The notes beneath the pieces were generated by a model, which was not told the DNA's origin, did no database searches, and saw nothing but the letters and a program-made list of their open reading frames with translations. 64,000 bases of DNA, taken from positions 1,984,001-2,048,000 of the forward strand of contig CDRNVU010000074.1 of assembly GCA_977017645.1 (NCBI GenBank), given 5' to 3'. Source of the DNA: Torpedo marmorata (Eukaryota). The position numbers and the translations under genes were made by a program. Positions within the stretch are counted from its first letter, which is position 1, and each line of letters starts with the position of its first letter. Shown here one piece after another: positions 63,501-64,000 of the stretch.

Positions 63501-64000
63501 TTCAGCAGGTTGTGATCCCTAAAGTATATAGGGATGCAATAATAACTTTGGCTCATAGTACACCATTAGGTGGTCACCTTGGGGTGAAGAAAACTATAAG
63601 GAAAATAATGAAACAATTTTATTGGCCCAGTTTGTGAAGGGAGGTTGTAAGCTTTTGCCGGGCCTGTCACACTTGTCAGGTGGTGGGTAAACCTAATCAG
63701 GGTCCCCCGAAGGCACCTTTTCAACCTATCCCTGTTTTCCGTGAGCCTTTCTCGAGAGTGATTGTGGACTGTGTTGGCTCATTGCCCAAAACCAAAGCGG
63801 TGAATGAGTATTTGTTAACAATTATGTGTGCAGCCACCAGATTTCCAGAGGCCATTCCTCTGAGAAACATTAAATCAAAGTCGATTGTAAAGGCTATGGT
63901 AAAGTGTTTCACCTTGGTAGGTTTGCCAAGGGAAATTCAATCAGATTAGGGCAGTAATTTCATGTCAGGCGTTTTCCAACAAGTGGTTGATGTACTGGGA
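60549..64000 (+). mobile_element. Family A element: 5' LTR (60549-61419), PBS (61424-61446), degraded gag-PR-IN running off the window
   Basis: TGTGATGGACC...TGTAACA; TGGGGGCTTGTCCGGGATTTGAA; then VRLVPPFEE, LRDTGAAQS, HSTPLGGHLG and DCVG. Confidence 0.93.

Overview
This is eukaryotic, transposon-dense vertebrate DNA. The repeat inventory (CR1, L1, Penelope-like, Rex1/Babar, RTE, tRNA-derived SINEs, Gmr1-like LTR elements) and the GPR139/142-like receptors suggest a cartilaginous fish; this is an inference. There are two host genes, both class-A GPCRs of the GPR139/142-like type, facing each other about 44 kb apart. The + strand copy (exon 1443-2805) is broken by a 5 x 116-bp internal tandem amplification. 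The - strand copy has two exons (50846-50777 and 47551-46512, 369 aa) and an open frame, but carries DSF in place of the DRY/DRF motif. The main structure is a cluster of a Gmr1-like Gypsy LTR family (family A; domain order Gag-PR-IN-[RT]-RNase H; tRNA-Pro PBS). All three internal regions that span the IN-RT junction lack the RT catalytic core through the same in-frame deletion. One such RT-less copy (31381-37359) is a complete two-LTR insertion with a 4-bp ATAT target-site duplication, nested in another RT-less copy. This points to a non-autonomous lineage mobilised in trans. A later LTR-LTR unequal crossover produced a 4.93-kb tandem duplication with a chimeric LTR. Also present are a 5'-inverted (twin-primed) L1 with a TSD, a hammerhead-like motif in a Penelope-like 3' end, and a probable Chapaev3 relic. 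There are two assembly gaps. Family assignments come from motif recognition by eye, not from database searches.
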